The translations under genes were made by a program, and so were the position numbers. Below, one piece after another: positions 62,049 through 64,000 of a stretch of DNA of 64,000 nt (position 1 is its first letter; every line of letters starts with the position of its first letter). The DNA is from Takakia lepidozioides. Taxonomy: Eukaryota > Plantae > Bryophyta. The notes under the pieces were generated by a model. The model worked only from the letters and a program-made list of their open reading frames with translations. It was not told the DNA's origin and did not search any database. Where the stretch lies: contig CM060733.1 in NCBI GenBank assembly GCA_030704615.1, positions 18,042,001 to 18,106,000 on the forward strand, read 5' to 3'.

Positions 62049-62771
62049 TGTCGCGGCCCTTTGCCTTGAGGGCAGGGGGTCGGGACACATGAGGGGCTGC
62101 CCCTGTGGTGGGGGCAGCGGCGACGATAGGTATGGGGGGCTGAAGCACCCTTGAGTGCCCAAGGCACTCAAGGAGGCGAAGGCGCTCACTAGGTGGAGCC
62201 CCGCACACCGGGTTGCGGTGGAGGTGGCTCCACAAGGGGTGGTGGTAGCTTAGTGGGACTTAGTGGGGGTGGCATAGGACTCACCATGGGGTGGAGACCT
62301 CGAGGTGGGAGTCGTGGGGAGTCTTGGGACTCATCATGGTCCATTGGGGCCGCGGTGAGTGGGCCAAGACTCACCGCGACTCACCACCGGGAGTCGAGGG
62401 TTTTCGTGGTGGTTCGCCATAAAATGGCATGGCTGGTTATGAAACCCCGCGGACAGCTACAGAAGTATATATAGGGAGTAGTAACCCCGAGAACGGTGCA
62501 AGCCCGTTGGTGACCAAAAACTAGTGAGTAATCGTGCGAGCCGGAAAGCGACCAAAGAGTGGGGAGCTGTTCCGGACTGCCATCTACCAAAGGGAATTCT
62601 CCTAGTCCCAAATAGGTGGAGGGTTTTAGAGGAAGCGAATGGGGACCGTTATGTCCCGGTGAGTAGCCGAAACTCCAAGTTGGCCCGGCGGCCAGGTTGG
62701 GAGTCAGGCGCGCGCATCAAAGCGGTTAACTATGACTTGAAGGGGAGTTTACCGAAGTGAGGTGCGCGACA
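62049..62771 (+). mobile_element. 5' LTR (723 bp) of a second, apparently younger LTR retrotransposon
   Basis: Inverted termini TGTCGCG...CGCGACA, TATA-like TATATATAG near 62466, followed after TT by a PBS. Confidence 0.85.
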
Positions 62772-62773
62772 TT

Positions 62774-62785
62774 TGGTATCAGAGC
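62774..62785 (+). promoter_or_regulatory. Primer binding site, tRNA-iMet
   Basis: TGGTATCAGAGC, two bases after the LTR end. Confidence 0.93.
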
Positions 62786-62826
62786 CTAGAGTTCAGTACG
62801 CGATCGTCCTTGGGATCGGCCTCATC

Positions 62827-64000
62827 ATGGGGTCGGGCAAGCCGAAGCGAAAGCGGAACGGCCCAAAAGATGATGATCCCGGTGAGCCCGATGGGGGCGA
62901 CGTGTCACCGAGGCGGCCGTTTGAGGAAGCGATGAATGTTTCCGAAAACGAGGCCGCTCAAGAGCGGGAGGAATCCGAGGAGTCGGAGCCCGAGGAATCC
63001 TCGAGAGCTCCGACAAACCAAGAGATGCCTCCCATGCCAGCAGCCTTTTGGGAAGGGTTGTTGGCGCAGTTTGGCGGGGCGTTGAAAGACGTGTTGAAGG
63101 CGGCTAATGCCACTTCCACTAAGGCAAAGTTTAAGGTGAAGCCTAAGGAACCCGGCACCTTTGAGGGCGTTCGAAACCGGAAGGCACTCAACACCTGGCT
63201 CCTGGAGCTAGAGCAGTACTTCCGGGCGGCCAAGTTGAGTGACGAGGATCGGGTGGAAGTGGCTCCCACCTATTTGAGGGGCTATGCTCAACAATGGTGG
63301 CAGAAACGCCTTCACGACCGAGGCCCAAGCCCGGAAACCTTGAACTGGAGTGGGTTCAAGGAATTGATGAAGAGACAGTTTGTGCCCCTCAACGCATCCT
63401 GGCTTGCCCGGGACAAGATGAGGAATTTGAAGCAAACAGATGACATTCGGGGGTATGTCCAGGCTTTCAATGTGCTGTTGCTCGAAGTCGCGGACATGGC
63501 GGAACCAGAAATGGTCTTCAACTTTGTGGCGGGACTGGCCCCATGGGCTAGGCGGAAGTTGGAGGAGAAGCCACCCAAGACTTTGAACGAGGCAATTGAG
63601 AGAGCTGAATGTTTCTCGGATGTCCCTAGGGGTGAGAGACAAGGCCGTACGGAGCTGAACCACAAGAAGACCCCGCGGGAAGGTGACTCCTCCCGACCGG
63701 AAAAGAAGTGGGATAGGCCACGCGGCGAAAATGGCACGTGGAAATCGAAGGGAGGGCCTTCACACGTCAAGGCGGCACCCGGTGCTTCGAAAGGAAAAGC
63801 GGGTGGAGCGGCTTATGGCGGACAGAAGGCGACCTTTGATGGAGTGTGTTTCAATTGCGGGGAGCCCGGGCACATGGCCAAGAAGTGCACGAAGCCCCGG
63901 CAATTGAACATGACTCGGGCGACCACGGAGCTGTCGGAAGATACCATCAGTCGTTTGGTGGAAGCGGTAGTCGCCAGGACTTGCAAGGTAGGCAACTATT
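62827..64000 (+). CDS. gag: Ty3/Gypsy Gag(-Pol), open to the window end
   Basis: Uninterrupted frame MGSGKPK...KPKEPGTFEG..LNTWLLELEQYF..YLRGYAQQWW..WSGFKELMKRQF..LKQTDDIRGYVQAF..CFNCGEPGHMAKKC (CCHC knuckle). Confidence 0.9.
   Translation, partial: MGSGKPKRKRNGPKDDDPGEPDGGDVSPRRPFEEAMNVSENEAAQEREESEESEPEESSRAPTNQEMPPMPAAFWEGLLAQFGGALKDVLKAANATSTKAKFKVKPKEPGTFEGVRNRKALNTWLLELEQYFRAAKLSDEDRVEVAPTYLRGYAQQWWQKRLHDRGPSPETLNWSGFKELMKRQFVPLNASWLARDKMRNLKQTDDIRGYVQAFNVLLLEVADMAEPEMVFNFVAGLAPWARRKLEEKPPKTLNEAIERAECFSDVPRGERQGRTELNHKKTPREGDSSRPEKKWDRPRGENGTWKSKGGPSHVKAAPGASKGKAGGAAYGGQKATFDGVCFNCGEPGHMAKKCTKPRQLNMTRATTELSEDTISRLVEAVVARTCKVGNY

Noticed and set aside
62825-63995. Minus-strand ORFs listed in the ORF track
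   Set aside because: They are antisense shadows of the plus-strand gag, which the track omits because it has no stop in the window.

Overview
Eukaryotic, intron-containing, repeat-rich plant DNA. Gene content suggests a non-seed land plant such as a bryophyte; this is an inference. Host genes: a partial F-box/LRR gene, a UDP-glycosyltransferase pseudogene, an intact-looking 4-exon NagZ-type GH3 beta-N-acetylhexosaminidase, a steroid 5-alpha-reductase-like gene, and an SGNH/PC-esterase-like gene split by a 13.5-kb CACTA element and truncated by a second CACTA end. Most of the window is transposons. These include a full-length piggyBac (TTAA TSD, 15-bp TIRs) with non-autonomous relatives, a SINE, Tc1/pogo-like MITEs, Helitron-like repeats, foldbacks, a TRIM-like element and two Ty3/Gypsy-type retrotransposons. 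The main observations are: (1) a Ty3/Gypsy polyprotein carrying a DNMT3-like C5-cytosine methyltransferase domain in the same reading frame between protease and reverse transcriptase; (2) a CACTA element whose TnpA-like gene contains an FCP1/NIF (CTD-phosphatase-type HAD) domain; (3) a piggyBac family in a plant genome. All domain calls come from motifs recognised by eye; no searches were run.
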